The notes under the pieces are model-generated. The model saw only the letters and a program-made list of their open reading frames with translations. It ran no database searches and was not told the DNA's origin. A stretch of DNA of 64,000 nt from positions 1,011,564-1,075,563 of the forward strand of contig OZ244908.1 in the NCBI GenBank assembly GCA_965221705.1, in the 5' to 3' direction. Shown piece by piece: positions 21,495 to 33,500 of the stretch (the stretch's first letter is position 1; each line of letters starts with the position of its first letter). This DNA comes from Dehalococcoidia bacterium. Its GTDB lineage: Bacteria > Chloroflexota > Dehalococcoidia > Bin125. The position numbers were made by a program, and so were the translations under genes.

Positions 21495-21981
21495 CGGCGA
21501 TCATCTCATCGATCGTCCAGAGCTGGTCGATCTCGGGCACGTGGTCGATGTAGACGCGACCGTTGATGTGATCGATCTCGTGCTCGAGGCACTGCGCTAG
21601 CAGGTCGTCTTCGGCGCGGACGCGGATCTCGCGCCCGGAGAGGTCTTGCGCCTTGGCGAGCACTCGCGAGGATCGGACGACGCGACCGCGATATCCGGGC
21701 ACGCTGAGGCAGCCCTCGATCAGCTCGCGCTCGCCGCTGCGTTTGACGACTTCGGGATTGACCATCACGAACGGTCGCTCGCCGGGCATGCCGATCACGA
21801 CGACGCGCAATCCTACGCCGATCTGCGGAGCGGCGATGCCGACGCCGCGGGCGGCGTTCATGGAATCGATCATGTCGGCGACGAGGCGCCGCAGGGACGC
21901 GTCGAAGCGCCGCACGCGCTTGGCGGGCGCGCGCAACACGGCGGCGTCGCGGGGCAGGGTCGTGATCGGGTGAACGGCCAT
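21457..21981 (-). CDS. def: Peptide deformylase
   Basis: GVGIAAPQIG, EGCLSVPG and HEIDHING motifs; acidic C-terminal tail. Confidence 0.95.
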   Translation of the reverse strand: MAVHPITTLPRDAAVLRAPAKRVRRFDASLRRLVADMIDSMNAARGVGIAAPQIGVGLRVVVIGMPGERPFVMVNPEVVKRSGERELIEGCLSVPGYRGRVVRSSRVLAKAQDLSGREIRVRAEDDLLAQCLEHEIDHINGRVYIDHVPEIDQLWTIDEMIADDDESEAESDVE

Positions 21982-22006
21982 CTCGCCGTGACCGAGTTCC
22001 GGACGC

Positions 22007-22504
22007 CTATTCCAACGTCGGATGCGGTTGGTTGAGGGCTTCCTCGGCGCGACGCTGACGGTCTTCGTCGAGGCGTTGCGCGACCTCCGGATTCGAGAGG
22101 CCCAGGATGCGTCCGGCGAGGAGGGCGGCGTTGACGGCGCCGGTGCGCCCGATCGCGACCGTGGCGACGGGCACGCCGCGCGGCATCTGCGCCATCGAGA
22201 GCAGTGAGTCGAGACCGTCAGTCGCCCAACCCTTGACCGGCACGCCGATCACGGGGAGCGGCGTTTTGGCGGCCACCGCCCCTGGCAACGCCGCCGCGCC
22301 GCCGGCTGCGGCGATGATCACCTGGATCCCACGGCCTTGCGCGTCGGCGGCGTACTGCGCGGTCTCGTCGGGCGTGCGGTGCGCGGACAGCACGCGCGCC
22401 TCCCAGGTGATGCCCAGGGACTCGAGTGTCGAGGCTGTGTTCTTGATCGTCTCCCAGTCGGAGTGGGATCCCATCATCACGCCCACCATTGGTCCGTCTG
22501 TCAT
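22007..22504 (-). CDS. purE: N5-carboxyaminoimidazole ribonucleotide mutase
   Basis: [14 protein letters not shown]...[10 protein letters not shown] is canonical PurE. The ORF extends to 22582, but the MTDGPMVG start at about 22504 is more plausible. Confidence 0.9.
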   Translation of the reverse strand: MTDGPMVGVMMGSHSDWETIKNTASTLESLGITWEARVLSAHRTPDETAQYAADAQGRGIQVIIAAAGGAAALPGAVAAKTPLPVIGVPVKGWATDGLDSLLSMAQMPRGVPVATVAIGRTGAVNAALLAGRILGLSNPEVAQRLDEDRQRRAEEALNQPHPTLE

Positions 22505-22625
22505 CGGCCGGTGCGTCCTCTCACAGTTCATCACACTTGTCGACGCGCTGTTTCGCCCAGCGCTCGAGGGCGCTTGGCGCACGCTGCGCGCTCCAGGACA
22601 AGATACCCCCGTGTACGCTGCGGCT

Positions 22626-25097
22626 ATGACTACGACGACGCAGCTGCCTGTCTACGATCCGGCAGAGTTGGAGCCTCGTTGGCGGCGGCGCTGGGAGGTT
22701 GACGGCCTCTATCACGTCGATGACGACGATCCGCGTCCGCCCTACTACTTCCTGACGATGCTGCCCTACACGAGCGGCGACTTGCACATCGGCCATTGGT
22801 ACGCGATGGCGCCGGCGGATGTCGCGGCGCGTTGGCGACGGATGCAGGGCAACAATGTGCTCTTCCCGCTCGGGTTCGATGCATTCGGACTGCCCGCCGA
22901 GAACGCCGCGATCAACAACAACACGCATCCCAAACAGTGGACCTACGCCAACATCGAGAACATGCGTCGCCAGCTGCAGACGATGGGCGCATCGTTCGAC
23001 TGGCGGCGGGAGTTCGCGACATCTGACCCTGAGTACTACCGCTGGACGCAGTGGTGGTTCTTGAAGCTGTACGAGCACGACCTCGCGTATCGCGCGCCGG
23101 CCGACTGCAACTACTGTCCCGGCTGCGGCACGGTGCTCGCCAATGAACAGGTGCAGCGCACCGACGACGGCGTCGGAGTGTGCGAGCGCTGCGAGTCGGT
23201 CGTCGAGGCGAAGCGCATGGAACAGTGGATGTTCCGGACGACGGCCTACGCCGACGAGCTGCTCAACTTCGACGGGCTCGACTATCCCGAGCCGATCAAA
23301 CTCATGCAGCGCAACTGGATTGGCCGATCGGAAGGGGCGGAGATTTCATTTCCGCTTGGTCGAGCGGTCGGCGGCGAGCACCGCATCACGGTGTTCACGA
23401 CTCGAGCGGACACGCTCTTCGGTTGCACGTTCATGGTGCTCGCGCCCGAGCATCCGCTGGTCGGCGAACTAACCACGGACGACCGGCGAGCGGAGGTTGA
23501 GGCCTACATCGACCAGGCGCGCCGACAGAACGAGATCGAACGACAATCGACCAGCCGTGAAAAGACCGGCGTCTTTACCGGCGCGTACGCGAGGCATCCG
23601 TTTACGGACGAGGCGGTCGCCATCTGGATCGCCGACTACGTGCTGCTCAGCTACGGCACGGGCGCGGTGATGGGCGTGCCCGCTCACGACGAGCGCGACT
23701 TCGCCTTCGCCGCGCAACGAGGGATTCCGATTCCTACTGTGATCGCCGGGCCGGACTGGAATGGCGAGGATTCAAGCGAGGCGTACACCGGCCCGGGTCG
23801 GCTGGTCAACTCGGGACAGTTTGACGGACTGGACTGGCAGGAAGCCAAGCTGGCGATCGCCGATGCGCTCGACGAGCGTGGTCTGGGTGGACGCACCGTC
23901 TCGTATCGTCTGCGCGACTGGCTGATCTCGCGTCAGCGTTACTGGGGCGCGCCGATCCCGATGGTCTACTGCGAGTCGTGCGGCACGGTTCCGGTGCCAG
24001 AGGATCAACTGCCCGTGCTGTTGCCCGACGACGCCGAGTTCCTGCCCACCGGCGCGTCGCCGCTTGAGCGGCATGAAGGGTTCGTCAACACTCCGTGTCC
24101 GCAGTGCGGCGAGTCGGCGCGGCGCGAGACTGACACGATGGACACATTCATGTGCTCCAACTGGTACCCGTATCGCTACGTCGATCCGCACAATCACCAT
24201 GCGCCGATCGATCCTGAGTTGGCTCGCAAGTGGCTGCCGATCGATCACTACACCGGCGGCGCAGAGCATGCGGTGATGCACCTGTTCTACGCGCGCTTCT
24301 TCACCAAGGCGGCGCGCGACATGGGCATTCTCGAGATCGATGAGCCCTGGCTTCGGTTGTTCAATCAAGGCACGATTGTCAAGGGCGGCTTCAAGATGTC
24401 GAAGTCGCGCGGCAACGTCGTCAACCCGGACGAGTGGGTGGAGAAGTACGGCGCCGACACCGTTCGTTTGTACCTGATGTTCCTCGGACCCTGGGAGTCG
24501 GGCGGCGACTGGGACGACAGCGGCATCGCCGGTCAATGGCGGTGGCTGAACCGGGTCTGGAATCTGGCGCTTGAGTCGGTCGAGACTGGCAAGGCTGGCG
24601 ATGGCCAGGTCGACGAGATTCGCCGCGCGACGCATGTGATGATCGGCAAGGTGAGCCAGGACATCGAGCGTTTTCGCTTCAACACGATGATCGCGGCGAT
24701 GATGGAGTTCACCAACGAGCTGCAGGACATTCGCGATCGCGGCCCGGTCGAGGAGTCGGCTTGGCGAGAGGCGATTGCGTCGCTGATCCTCTGTCTGGCG
24801 CCATCGGCGCCGCACATTTGCGATGAGCTGTGGCGACAACTCGGCGGCGAAGGATCGGTGCATGAACAGCTCTGGCCGCAGTATGACGAGTCGTTGGCGC
24901 AGGCTCAGACGGTGACGGTCGTGGTGCAGGTCAACGGCAAGTTGCGCGAAAAACTCAGTCTCCCTCCGGGCGCCTCGCAGGATGACGCGGAGTCGGCTGC
25001 GCGGGCTTCGTCGCGCGTGTCTGACCAGCTCGAGGGCAAGACCTTGCGTCGCGTGGTCTGGGTGCCGGACAAGTTGCTCAACTTCGTCGCCAACTGA
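22626..25097 (+). CDS. leuS: Leucine--tRNA ligase
   Basis: [11 protein letters not shown]...[17 protein letters not shown] (HIGH motif), KMSKS motif and about 824 aa. The ORF track begins at 22107, but the ATG at 22626 gives a canonical N-terminus and avoids overlap with purE. Confidence 0.95.
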   Translation: MTTTTQLPVYDPAELEPRWRRRWEVDGLYHVDDDDPRPPYYFLTMLPYTSGDLHIGHWYAMAPADVAARWRRMQGNNVLFPLGFDAFGLPAENAAINNNTHPKQWTYANIENMRRQLQTMGASFDWRREFATSDPEYYRWTQWWFLKLYEHDLAYRAPADCNYCPGCGTVLANEQVQRTDDGVGVCERCESVVEAKRMEQWMFRTTAYADELLNFDGLDYPEPIKLMQRNWIGRSEGAEISFPLGRAVGGEHRITVFTTRADTLFGCTFMVLAPEHPLVGELTTDDRRAEVEAYIDQARRQNEIERQSTSREKTGVFTGAYARHPFTDEAVAIWIADYVLLSYGTGAVMGVPAHDERDFAFAAQRGIPIPTVIAGPDWNGEDSSEAYTGPGRLVNSGQFDGLDWQEAKLAIADALDERGLGGRTVSYRLRDWLISRQRYWGAPIPMVYCESCGTVPVPEDQLPVLLPDDAEFLPTGASPLERHEGFVNTPCPQCGESARRETDTMDTFMCSNWYPYRYVDPHNHHAPIDPELARKWLPIDHYTGGAEHAVMHLFYARFFTKAARDMGILEIDEPWLRLFNQGTIVKGGFKMSKSRGNVVNPDEWVEKYGADTVRLYLMFLGPWESGGDWDDSGIAGQWRWLNRVWNLALESVETGKAGDGQVDEIRRATHVMIGKVSQDIERFRFNTMIAAMMEFTNELQDIRDRGPVEESAWREAIASLILCLAPSAPHICDELWRQLGGEGSVHEQLWPQYDESLAQAQTVTVVVQVNGKLREKLSLPPGASQDDAESAARASSRVSDQLEGKTLRRVVWVPDKLLNFVAN

Positions 25098-25143
25098 CCG
25101 CGCCGCTCGCCGTTGAGAGACGCGCCGCACGACTGTCAGAAAC

Positions 25144-25959
25144 ATGGTCCAGCTGCATCTGCCGTCGTATGAGGGACCGCTCGATCTCCTGCTCGAGTTG
25201 ATCGAGGCGCGACAGCTCGACATCTCCGAGTTGTCGTTGGCGCAAGTCGCCGATCAGTATCTCGCTCAGGTCGCGGCGATGTCCTCCTCAAACGAGTCAA
25301 CGGCCGATGTACTGACTGGCGAACAGGCTGACGCGCTGGCGGCGTTCATCAACATCGGCGGTCGACTGGTGCTGATCAAGGCTCGGCAGCTCCTGCCGGC
25401 CGTCGAGTCTGAGGATGACGACGGTGCGGCGAGCGACGCCGAGGAGCTGGTCGAGATGGCCCGCGCGTACCAACGCTATCGCGACGGCATCACAAGACTC
25501 GGCGATCGCGATCGCGGACAGTTGCGCTCGTATGCGCCCGTGGGCGCGCCGCCGATTGACCAGACGTTGCCGCTGGGCATGCCTGAGCAGGTCACGGTCG
25601 AGGCGCTGGCGCGGATCGCGCAGGAGGTGCTGGCTCGGGCTGCCGAGCGAGCGGCGCAGGAGGAAGTCGCCCACGACGCAGCCATCGAAACCCAACGCGT
25701 CACCGTCCGCGACCGAGCCGTCGATCTGCGAGCTCGGCTGGCCAGCGGACACGTGGTTTCGTTTCGCGCCTGGATCGAATCGGCTGAGTCGCGTCTCGAG
25801 CTGATCGTGTCGTTCATGGCTGTGCTCGAGCTGCACAAATCGTTGGCGATTGAGATCGCGCAAGACAACGACTTCGCCGACATTCTGATCACCGCTCTGC
25901 CCGACGCGCCCGACAGCGCCTGGTCGCCGGCGGGCGATGGTTCTTCGTTGGACGACTGA
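25144..25959 (+). CDS. scpA: Segregation and condensation protein A
   Basis: YEGPLDLLLELIEARQLDISELSLAQVADQYL is the canonical ScpA N-terminus. No scpB follows. Confidence 0.85.
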   Translation: MVQLHLPSYEGPLDLLLELIEARQLDISELSLAQVADQYLAQVAAMSSSNESTADVLTGEQADALAAFINIGGRLVLIKARQLLPAVESEDDDGAASDAEELVEMARAYQRYRDGITRLGDRDRGQLRSYAPVGAPPIDQTLPLGMPEQVTVEALARIAQEVLARAAERAAQEEVAHDAAIETQRVTVRDRAVDLRARLASGHVVSFRAWIESAESRLELIVSFMAVLELHKSLAIEIAQDNDFADILITALPDAPDSAWSPAGDGSSLDD

Positions 25960-26057
25960 ATCACGTAGCGGGCTGCTGATAGTCTGAGACTCGGCTGCGG
26001 CGCCTTCCGATCGATCTGATTGAAGCGCGCCGCCATAGTCCTGAAGGGCCGACTCTG

Positions 26058-27020
26058 GTGGTTACCGCGCTCGCCCGCGAGGAACTGCGTCGCGCAGCGC
26101 TGGGTCGACCGACGGCGCTTACGATCGGCGTCTTCGACGGCGTCCATCGCGGACATCAGACCGTCTTGCGACACGTGGTGGAACAGGCGCAGGCGCACGG
26201 ACTGGCCTCGGCCGCGATCACGTTTCATCCGCATCCGCGACAGGTAGTCCGACCCGACCTGGCGATGCAGTACGTCACCTCGCTCGAGGACCGACTCGCG
26301 CTGATCAAACAGACCGGGATCGACAGCGTCGCTACGGTGTCGTTCACTTCCGACTTCTCGCTGACCGATGCGGGCGACTTTGTGCGCATGTTGGTCGAGG
26401 AGCTGCAACTGGCGCGACTGATCATCGGCGAGGACTTCGCCCTCGGACGTCAGCGCGGCGGAGATCCGGAGGCCCTGCAGGCGCTTGGCCGCGAACTCGG
26501 CTTCGACGTCGAGGTGATCGAACTGTTGACCCAGGACTCGGCGGACAAGGTCTCCTCGACCGAGATTCGTCGCGCGTTGTCAGAGGGCGACGTAGAGCTG
26601 GTCAGCGGACTGTTGGGGCGACGATTCTCGCTGCACGGACCGGTCGTCGTGGGCTTCAAGCGCGGAGCGACGATCGGCTTTGCGACCGCCAACGTCGCGG
26701 TCGCCAACGACCGCGCCATCCCCGCGCCTGGCGTCTACGCGACGATCGCGCACTTGGATTCGGGACCAGTAGCGTCGGTGACGAATATTGGCATGCGACC
26801 GACGTTCGACGACGGCGGCGGTCTGTCGATCGAGTGTCACATCATCGACTTTGCGGACGACATCTACGGGACGGATCTACGGGTCGAGTTTGTGCAACGA
26901 TTGCGCGGCGAGCGCAAGTTTGACGGCGTGGAGGCGTTGGTGAAGCAGATCGGCAGCGACCGCGACGCAGCTCGCGAGTTGTTGTCGGCGATGGATTTGA
27001 GTACAGCGACATGGCCGTGA
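26058..27020 (+). CDS. ribF: Bifunctional riboflavin kinase / FAD synthetase
   Basis: GVFDGVHRGHQ FAD-synthetase motif and a C-terminal riboflavin kinase domain (GFATANV...IGMRPTF); GTG start. Confidence 0.9.
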   Translation: MVTALAREELRRAALGRPTALTIGVFDGVHRGHQTVLRHVVEQAQAHGLASAAITFHPHPRQVVRPDLAMQYVTSLEDRLALIKQTGIDSVATVSFTSDFSLTDAGDFVRMLVEELQLARLIIGEDFALGRQRGGDPEALQALGRELGFDVEVIELLTQDSADKVSSTEIRRALSEGDVELVSGLLGRRFSLHGPVVVGFKRGATIGFATANVAVANDRAIPAPGVYATIAHLDSGPVASVTNIGMRPTFDDGGGLSIECHIIDFADDIYGTDLRVEFVQRLRGERKFDGVEALVKQIGSDRDAARELLSAMDLSTATWP

Positions 27021-28282
27021 CTCACGATCAGGTCCCGCCCGATATCGCCGCCGAGGTCGAACGCCAGCACGCGCTGATCATGCGCGGAACCGCTTACGGC
27101 GACGAGGCCACGCGCAAGACGATGGCGCGCGAGTTGCGCGTTCGGCTGACCGAGTCGTTGCTCGAGAATCGACCGCTGCGCGTGTATCTCGGCGTCGACC
27201 CGACCTCGCCCGATCTGCACATTGGACACTGCGTCACGCTGCGCAAGTTGGCGCTGTTTCAGGAGCTGGGACATCAGTCGATTCTGCTGATCGGCGATTT
27301 CACGGGACTGGTGGGAGATCCGTCGGACAAGGACTCGTTGCGTCCGATGCAGGCGGCCGAGATTCTCGAGCGCAACGCGGCGACGTATCGCGAGCAGGCG
27401 TTCAAGCTGCTCGATGCCGAGCGGACGGAAGTCCGCCGCAACAGTGAGTGGTTGGGAGAGATGTCGTTCGGCGACGTGGTCCATCTGGCGTCGAACTTTA
27501 CGGTCCAACAGTTCACCGGCCGCGACACGTTCAAGCGGCGGATTGACGCTGAGCAACCCGTCTACGTTCATGAGTTCATGTATGGATTGATGCAGGGATA
27601 CGACGCGGTCGCGCTGGAGGCGGATGTGCAACTGGGCGGCACGGACCAGACCTTCAACATCATGTGCGGTCGCACACTGCAAGAGCGACGCGAGCAGTCG
27701 CCGCAGATCGCGGTGCTGACGCCGATTCTGGTCGGTACCGACGGCAAGCAGCGAATGTCGAAGAGTACGGGCAACTACATCGGCATCGATGAACCGGCGC
27801 CAGACCAGTACGGCAAGGCGATGTCGATTCCTGACGACGCGATCGTGCGCTTCTTCGACTACGGAACGAACTTCGCCGACGAGGATGTCGACCGGATTGC
27901 GTCGGAACTCGAGGCGGGCGCGCTCAAACCGATGGACGCCAAGCGACGGCTGGCGCGTGCGATTGTCTCGGAGTGGCACGGCGAGTCGGCGGCGGCGGCG
28001 GCCGAGGCGCAGTGGACGCGCACGTTCTCGCAGCGTGGCGTCCCGGACGACATTCCCGAGGCGGCAATCGACTTCGGCGGGGCTGAAGCGATCGACGTTT
28101 CGCTGCCGCAGTTGCTGCACGAGATCGGCGCCGCGCCGAGTCGGGCTGAGGCGAGACGACTGATTACGCAGGGCGGCGTCCGCATCGATGATGTCGTCGC
28201 CACGGAGTTGGGCGTCTCGATCGCGCGCGGCGCGGTGATCCGAGTCGGTCGTCGACGCTGGTATCGGATCGTCTCCGAGTAG
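27011..28282 (+). CDS. tyrS: Tyrosine--tRNA ligase
   Basis: HIGH motif in SPDLHIGHCV, KMSKS motif, C-terminal S4 domain; overlaps ribF by 10 nt. Confidence 0.95.
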   Translation: MAVTHDQVPPDIAAEVERQHALIMRGTAYGDEATRKTMARELRVRLTESLLENRPLRVYLGVDPTSPDLHIGHCVTLRKLALFQELGHQSILLIGDFTGLVGDPSDKDSLRPMQAAEILERNAATYREQAFKLLDAERTEVRRNSEWLGEMSFGDVVHLASNFTVQQFTGRDTFKRRIDAEQPVYVHEFMYGLMQGYDAVALEADVQLGGTDQTFNIMCGRTLQERREQSPQIAVLTPILVGTDGKQRMSKSTGNYIGIDEPAPDQYGKAMSIPDDAIVRFFDYGTNFADEDVDRIASELEAGALKPMDAKRRLARAIVSEWHGESAAAAAEAQWTRTFSQRGVPDDIPEAAIDFGGAEAIDVSLPQLLHEIGAAPSRAEARRLITQGGVRIDDVVATELGVSIARGAVIRVGRRRWYRIVSE

Positions 28283-28327
28283 TTGTTGAGTCGTTAGCCT
28301 CCACCCACAGACAACGGAGGCGTCCAT

Positions 28328-29248
28328 ATGACCGTCACGCTCGATTGGCTCGGCTGCGCAACGTTTCGACTTCAGGTCGACGAGACCGTGATCATGCTCG
28401 ACGCCTACATTGACCGCGTTCCGTCGGCGCCCGACGTCGGGCTGACGGCGGCCGACATCTCCCGCGCTGACGCGGTGCTGGTTGGACACTCGCACTTTGA
28501 TCACATCGCTGGCGCCGAGGTGATCGCGGCGAACACGGGCGCGCCGGTGATCGGCTCCAATGAGTCAGCGCGGGTGCTGCTTGAGGCTGGAATCAGCGAG
28601 GATCTGCTGCTGCGCTCTCAAGGAGGAGAGCGGCATCGCATCGCCTCCAACGTGACGGTGGAGGTGTTTCCCAGTCTGCACTCCTGCATCTGGACGCAGG
28701 GGTCGTGGGATCCGGGCAAGGTCGTCTTGGGTCAGTACGGTTTGACCGAAGAGGAGCGTTGGGGCGGACGCAACGCCATCGACATCGGCGGCACGCTCGG
28801 CGAGCGATCTCAGCAGTCGGATCCCACCGTGCAATCTCAGATGATGGATCACGTCGCGAGTTGCCTCGGATCGTCGGACACGGGCGGCGCCTTGGCCTAC
28901 CTGATCGACACGCCATACGGTTCGATCTTCTATCACGACACTTCGGGCTGTTGGACCGGCGTCGTGCGGAACATGCGGCCCGACGTGGCAATCGTCGCGA
29001 TGGCTGGTCGGCCGAACCTTGACGGCGAGCCGATTCAGGGGTCGCTGGCGCAGTTCGTGGGTCGCATGTCGGACATGCTGCGCGCCCCGCGGATCGTGTT
29101 GGGGCATCACGACGACTGGATGCCGCCGATGACTCAGGACATGACCGGTCCCGATTCGCTGGCGCCGGTCAAGAACGAGCTCAATCATGTCGCGCCGCGC
29201 TCGGAGCTGCTCGACATTCCGCTCGGCGGACGAATCGGACTGTACTGA
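28328..29248 (+). CDS. Metallo-beta-lactamase-fold metal-dependent hydrolase
   Basis: The VGHSHFDHIAG motif (HxHxDH) and overall fold. A GGAGG Shine-Dalgarno sequence lies 6 nt upstream of the ATG. Confidence 0.8.
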   Translation: MTVTLDWLGCATFRLQVDETVIMLDAYIDRVPSAPDVGLTAADISRADAVLVGHSHFDHIAGAEVIAANTGAPVIGSNESARVLLEAGISEDLLLRSQGGERHRIASNVTVEVFPSLHSCIWTQGSWDPGKVVLGQYGLTEEERWGGRNAIDIGGTLGERSQQSDPTVQSQMMDHVASCLGSSDTGGALAYLIDTPYGSIFYHDTSGCWTGVVRNMRPDVAIVAMAGRPNLDGEPIQGSLAQFVGRMSDMLRAPRIVLGHHDDWMPPMTQDMTGPDSLAPVKNELNHVAPRSELLDIPLGGRIGLY

Positions 29249-30270
29249 TGTCACAGAAGTCTCGGCCCAAGTTCGGTCTGATCTACGACTTCCGCAATCC
29301 GCCGCAGTGGCGCAAACCCTGGGCGCAGTTTTACGACGAGCTGCTGGACGAGATCGTCTACGCGGAGGAGCTCGGCTACGACCACGTTTGGATCACTGAG
29401 CACCATTTCATCGACGACGGCTACACGCCGTCGGTGCTGCCGATTGCGGCGGCGATCGCACGTTTGACGTCGCGGATCCGGATCGGCACCTGGGTGTTGC
29501 TGCTGCCCTTGCACAACGCGATCCGCGTGGCCGAGGACGCGGCGACGGTTGACATTCTCTCGAACGGACGCTTCGACCTTGGCGTCGGACTGGGCTATCG
29601 GATCGAGGAGTTCGAGGGCTTTGGCATCAGCCGACGGCATCGGGCGAGCATCATGGATGAGTCGCTTGAGATCATCACGCGCACGCTCGCGGGTGAATCG
29701 GTGACGCTCGAGGGACGGCACTATCAGGTCAAGAACGTTGCGGTGACGCCGCAGCCGATTCAGCAGCCGTTTCCGCTCTGGGTCGGGGCGCGCTCGGAGG
29801 CGGCGGCGCGGCGAGCGGCGCGATTTCGCGCCAATCTGATGATCGTCGCCGACCGACCGGTCTACGACGCCTGGGCAGACGCGTTGCGCGAACAGGGCGA
29901 CGATCCGTCGGACTTCGAAGTGTTGCTCTCGGCGGGCGGCTACGTCAGTGACGATCCCGATGCGCTCTGGGAGCAGCTGAAGCCGCATCAGCGCTATCTG
30001 CGCGACACGTACGGCCAGTGGTATCACGACGCCTCCGACCTGGGCGAGGATGACCCGCTGGGTCAGTTGCTCGAGCAGACGGACGAGGACTTGCGGGCGC
30101 GGTTTGTGGCGGGATCGCCCGACGATGTGGCGGCGGCGCTTGAGCGCACGTTGGAGTGGATTCCAGCGGACCACATCATTACGTCGCCGGTCCCGCCAGG
30201 AGCTTCGCGCGAGCTGGCGCGGCGCAGCATCGAGCTGTTCGCGCGTGAGGTGATGCCGAGGTTTCGGTAG
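29248..30270 (+). CDS. LLM-class (luciferase-like) flavin/F420-dependent oxidoreductase
   Basis: Luciferase-like monooxygenase TIM-barrel signature (GYDHVWITEHHF...GRFDLGVGLGY); start overlaps the upstream gene's stop. Confidence 0.8.
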   Translation: MSQKSRPKFGLIYDFRNPPQWRKPWAQFYDELLDEIVYAEELGYDHVWITEHHFIDDGYTPSVLPIAAAIARLTSRIRIGTWVLLLPLHNAIRVAEDAATVDILSNGRFDLGVGLGYRIEEFEGFGISRRHRASIMDESLEIITRTLAGESVTLEGRHYQVKNVAVTPQPIQQPFPLWVGARSEAAARRAARFRANLMIVADRPVYDAWADALREQGDDPSDFEVLLSAGGYVSDDPDALWEQLKPHQRYLRDTYGQWYHDASDLGEDDPLGQLLEQTDEDLRARFVAGSPDDVAAALERTLEWIPADHIITSPVPPGASRELARRSIELFAREVMPRFR

Positions 30271-30331
30271 ACTGCACGACACGCGGAACGCGACACACGG
30301 CGCTCGCAGCGCTGAGCCTGGAGGCGGACAG

Positions 30332-30523
30332 ATGAAGGTCAAGATCGACACGAGCCTCTGCGAGGGTCACGCGAAGTGCATGGAGGCGACCGAGGTGGTG
30401 TTCGAGGTCCGCGACGACGACCTCTCGCACGTCTTGGTCGACGAGGTGCCGTCGGAGGAGGAGGCGAACGTCGTCCGCGCGGTGCGGACATGTCCGAGGG
30501 CGGCAATCTCGGTGGAGGACTAG
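30332..30523 (+). CDS. Small single-cluster ferredoxin of the type that partners cytochrome P450s
   Basis: 63 aa, MKVKIDTSLCEGHAKCMEATEVVFEVRDDDLSHVL...CPRAAISV. The CxxHxxC...CP pattern is typical of actinobacterial P450 redox partners. A GGAGG Shine-Dalgarno precedes the start. Confidence 0.8.
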   Translation: MKVKIDTSLCEGHAKCMEATEVVFEVRDDDLSHVLVDEVPSEEEANVVRAVRTCPRAAISVED

Positions 30524-33500
30524 TCGTCAATCGTGACGACGACTTTGGCAACCTCCCGATTGCCGTCGGCGTTCACTCGCCATCCGATCCAGCCCTCCTG
30601 GTAACTCACAATCCGGAGCGTGCGAACCCTGATGTAGCGCCCGTGGTCATCCAAGAAACTGACCCTCACATCATCCATATCGACCGACTCAGCCACTCGC
30701 ACCTTGACAAAATAATCCGAGGGCCAGTTATCCAATCGCTCTTGACCGCCACCACGTGTCCCACACGCATCCCGGCGGAACGTTGCAGCCTGCAGGAGTT
30801 CAACTCCCTCTTGCGCAACAAACTCAATGGTCAAATCTGAAATCCCCGACTCCGGACTAGACGGCTCAGCGCACACTCGATCCGGCGCCTCATCAGACTG
30901 GTATTCGACGAAAAACAGCCTACCAACCGGCGAACACACGCCATCCCTCTTTCTCTGACCCTCTATCACCACCTGCACATCCGGGTCGGCGGCATTTGCC
31001 GCATATAGCGCATAAGTCATCCCTCGATTCTCGGCATCTTCAATGTGGCACCGCAGTTCACTCCCACTCGGCGGCACTGTAGTGATGTGCACCGGTCGGC
31101 TAGACAGCGCCGCCGTTCCTACAAGTTGCGGCCCTCGTTGAAACTCGCCCACCATGTCCTTGCCGTCACGCAGATCGGCCAAGACAGAATTCAGTTCACC
31201 GGACTTCAAGGCGCGACCGTCGCCATACAACATGCCCAATAGCTCTTGGCTGCATGGATCAACGATTGGCGCACCATCACCGAATGCGATTAGCCAAGAT
31301 CCAAAACGAAACGAACGCGACTTGATCTCCGTAACCGTGTCGAAAAGCAACATGTAGCGATCAGACCCGCTTCTCGGATAACTGACCAGTACCGCCCACT
31401 CGCCTAGCATTTCATCGACGCCATCGCCAAATCTAACTGGATGGCCAATCCTCATTTCATTACGCTGCCCTACAACCTCCATCAGCGCAAATCCATATCG
31501 GTGATCCTCCGCCACTCGCTGCACAACCATCGAAGACTCACCTCGGGACACAACGCCCCACGGAAGGTCCTCGGGGACACTCGACGCGCGAACAAGAAAC
31601 TCGTTCTTTCCAACGTAGATTGCCGTGCTTGAATCTTCCATTGAGCTGAACTGCCAAGCGGCGCTCGCCAGCTCCGGCGAGACTTGACAGCCAAGCTGCA
31701 TGGTGTCTTCCACATTCATTACTGCCCTTATCTCTGTTGGGGTCAGGTCAGCTTTCCAGCTGACACTGGAAAAAGCCTTCCATCCCCCATTTGCCGGCTC
31801 CTCTTGCTCACTCTCACCCACCCGCGGACAGAGTCGTTCACGATCTGGGACGACGAGACAAACACTCATTACACCCGAGTCACCTTCGATGCGCACCTGA
31901 ATGTGAGAAGTGACGTCGATGCCAGGCTCCACGCCACTGCTTGCACCACGCCGATCTTCGGCCGTACCGGGGCCGAGAAACGATAACCGGTAGGTGTCGA
32001 ATCGCGTCCGGACTTGAATTCCAGTCGGCTCCAGAGCACCGATGCTGGACCATGATCCTGTGAACTTCCGTTCGACGAGTCCGTCGTCCATTGTTCTCGA
32101 GATTATGGAGGTTCCATCTGCCGGTACAGATGCGACTCCTTCGCTCCCGAATAGTGTGAACTGCGGCCAGAACACATTCTCACCGATCTCATCACTTGGA
32201 GGGATCGGAAACTCCAAGTTGACCCGATGCGAAATGTCAGGAGTCGGACATCCTGGCAGCGTCAGATACTCCCATAGCTTAATCGTGCCGAAGTGTTCTT
32301 CAGACGAGTGCACTAGGTTAGCAATCCGCACTGAACCAACGGACTCGCCTTCGAAGCCATTGTAATGGACCCTAGGGCAAAACAATGGCTCGGCGTTAGC
32401 ATCTACGCGCGGCGCCCGATCATAGCCAACAATCCTCACATCGCCCCACTCGCAAGTGTCGGCGTATCTGTACGTCCGCAGATCAAATGGGAAGTCCCTG
32501 ACATTTCCTGCAAAACCCATCCAAAGATCAACATCGTAATGGATGCAATCTGAACCAGCTGGAGGATCTTCAGCATAGTGCCAGATTAGGATGTCAGACA
32601 ACAACTGAGTACTAAGTGGCAGCTGATTGGGCAACTCCGGATAGCTGATCGGCAAGCCCTCTAAGGCTGTTGCTAATGCTCGAGCAGAAGTCGCGATTGT
32701 GCTGTTCGAGTTCACAACGGCGGCCACGCCAATCACGTCAGCGCAGGCGTCGAAGACTGGGTCAGTACTCCTACCGGGTCCAAAGTCACCAGACGTCTCC
32801 AACTCGTCACTATTGACCCGCATCACCACATCTCCGAATGCGACCTTCTGCGCGCCAGGGTGCGTGTATCCGACCATATAGATCGGCTCGCCGATGTCAT
32901 CTTGCGTGGGGGTGCGCAGGGCGAGAGTTGGGATGTCAGCGACCTTCTCGTGGTCGTAGACCTCGAGCAGTGCGACATCGGCCGCTTTGTCGGCGCCGAG
33001 CACTGCTGCGGCGATGTATCGCTCACCTTGACTCAGTGTGACAAACGGCGGCTGGTCCTCGATCACGTGATGGGCGGTCAGGAAGCGACCGTCGCCGATG
33101 TAAAATGCGCTGCCCGAAAATCTTACGGTTGACACTTTCCACGTGCCGGCCATCATGCGCTCAATGTTTGGCTCGCAACTCGGTTCTCCGACCTCGACGA
33201 TGTCAACCTCTGGGTAGATGATCTGCTCTGGGTCGATCGGTGTCGTCCAACTGATCTCACTACTTCGCAGCCAACGATCCCTGGGAGCGCGATCGAGTCG
33301 AATGAAGCGCTTCTCGGGACACTGCAGGTCGCCGTCGGTGGGCTCAAAGCACACCTCGATCCGTCCATCGTCGAGTTGGCGCGTCAGTAACCTACCGCCG
33401 AGCTCGTACTGCGGCTCAGTGGAGTCGGTCGTCGCTTCTTCGGCGGCGGCAAACTGCAGAGCCGCGAGGCCGAACAGGGTGACGACAAGCGTCAACACTA

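Noticed and set aside
23772-25223. 483-aa minus-strand ORF antisense to leuS
   Set aside because: It is entirely contained in the opposite strand of a canonical LeuRS gene. The translation is Arg-rich low-complexity with no motif.
28283-28327. Hairpin GCCTCC…GGAGGC after tyrS as an intrinsic terminator
   Set aside because: The 3' arm GGAGG sits 6 nt before the ATG of the next gene and is better explained as its Shine-Dalgarno sequence. The loop is 13 nt and there is no U-tract.
26864-28504. 546-aa minus-strand ORF antisense to tyrS
   Set aside because: Same reasoning as above: it is antisense to a textbook TyrRS gene with HIGH and KMSKS motifs.
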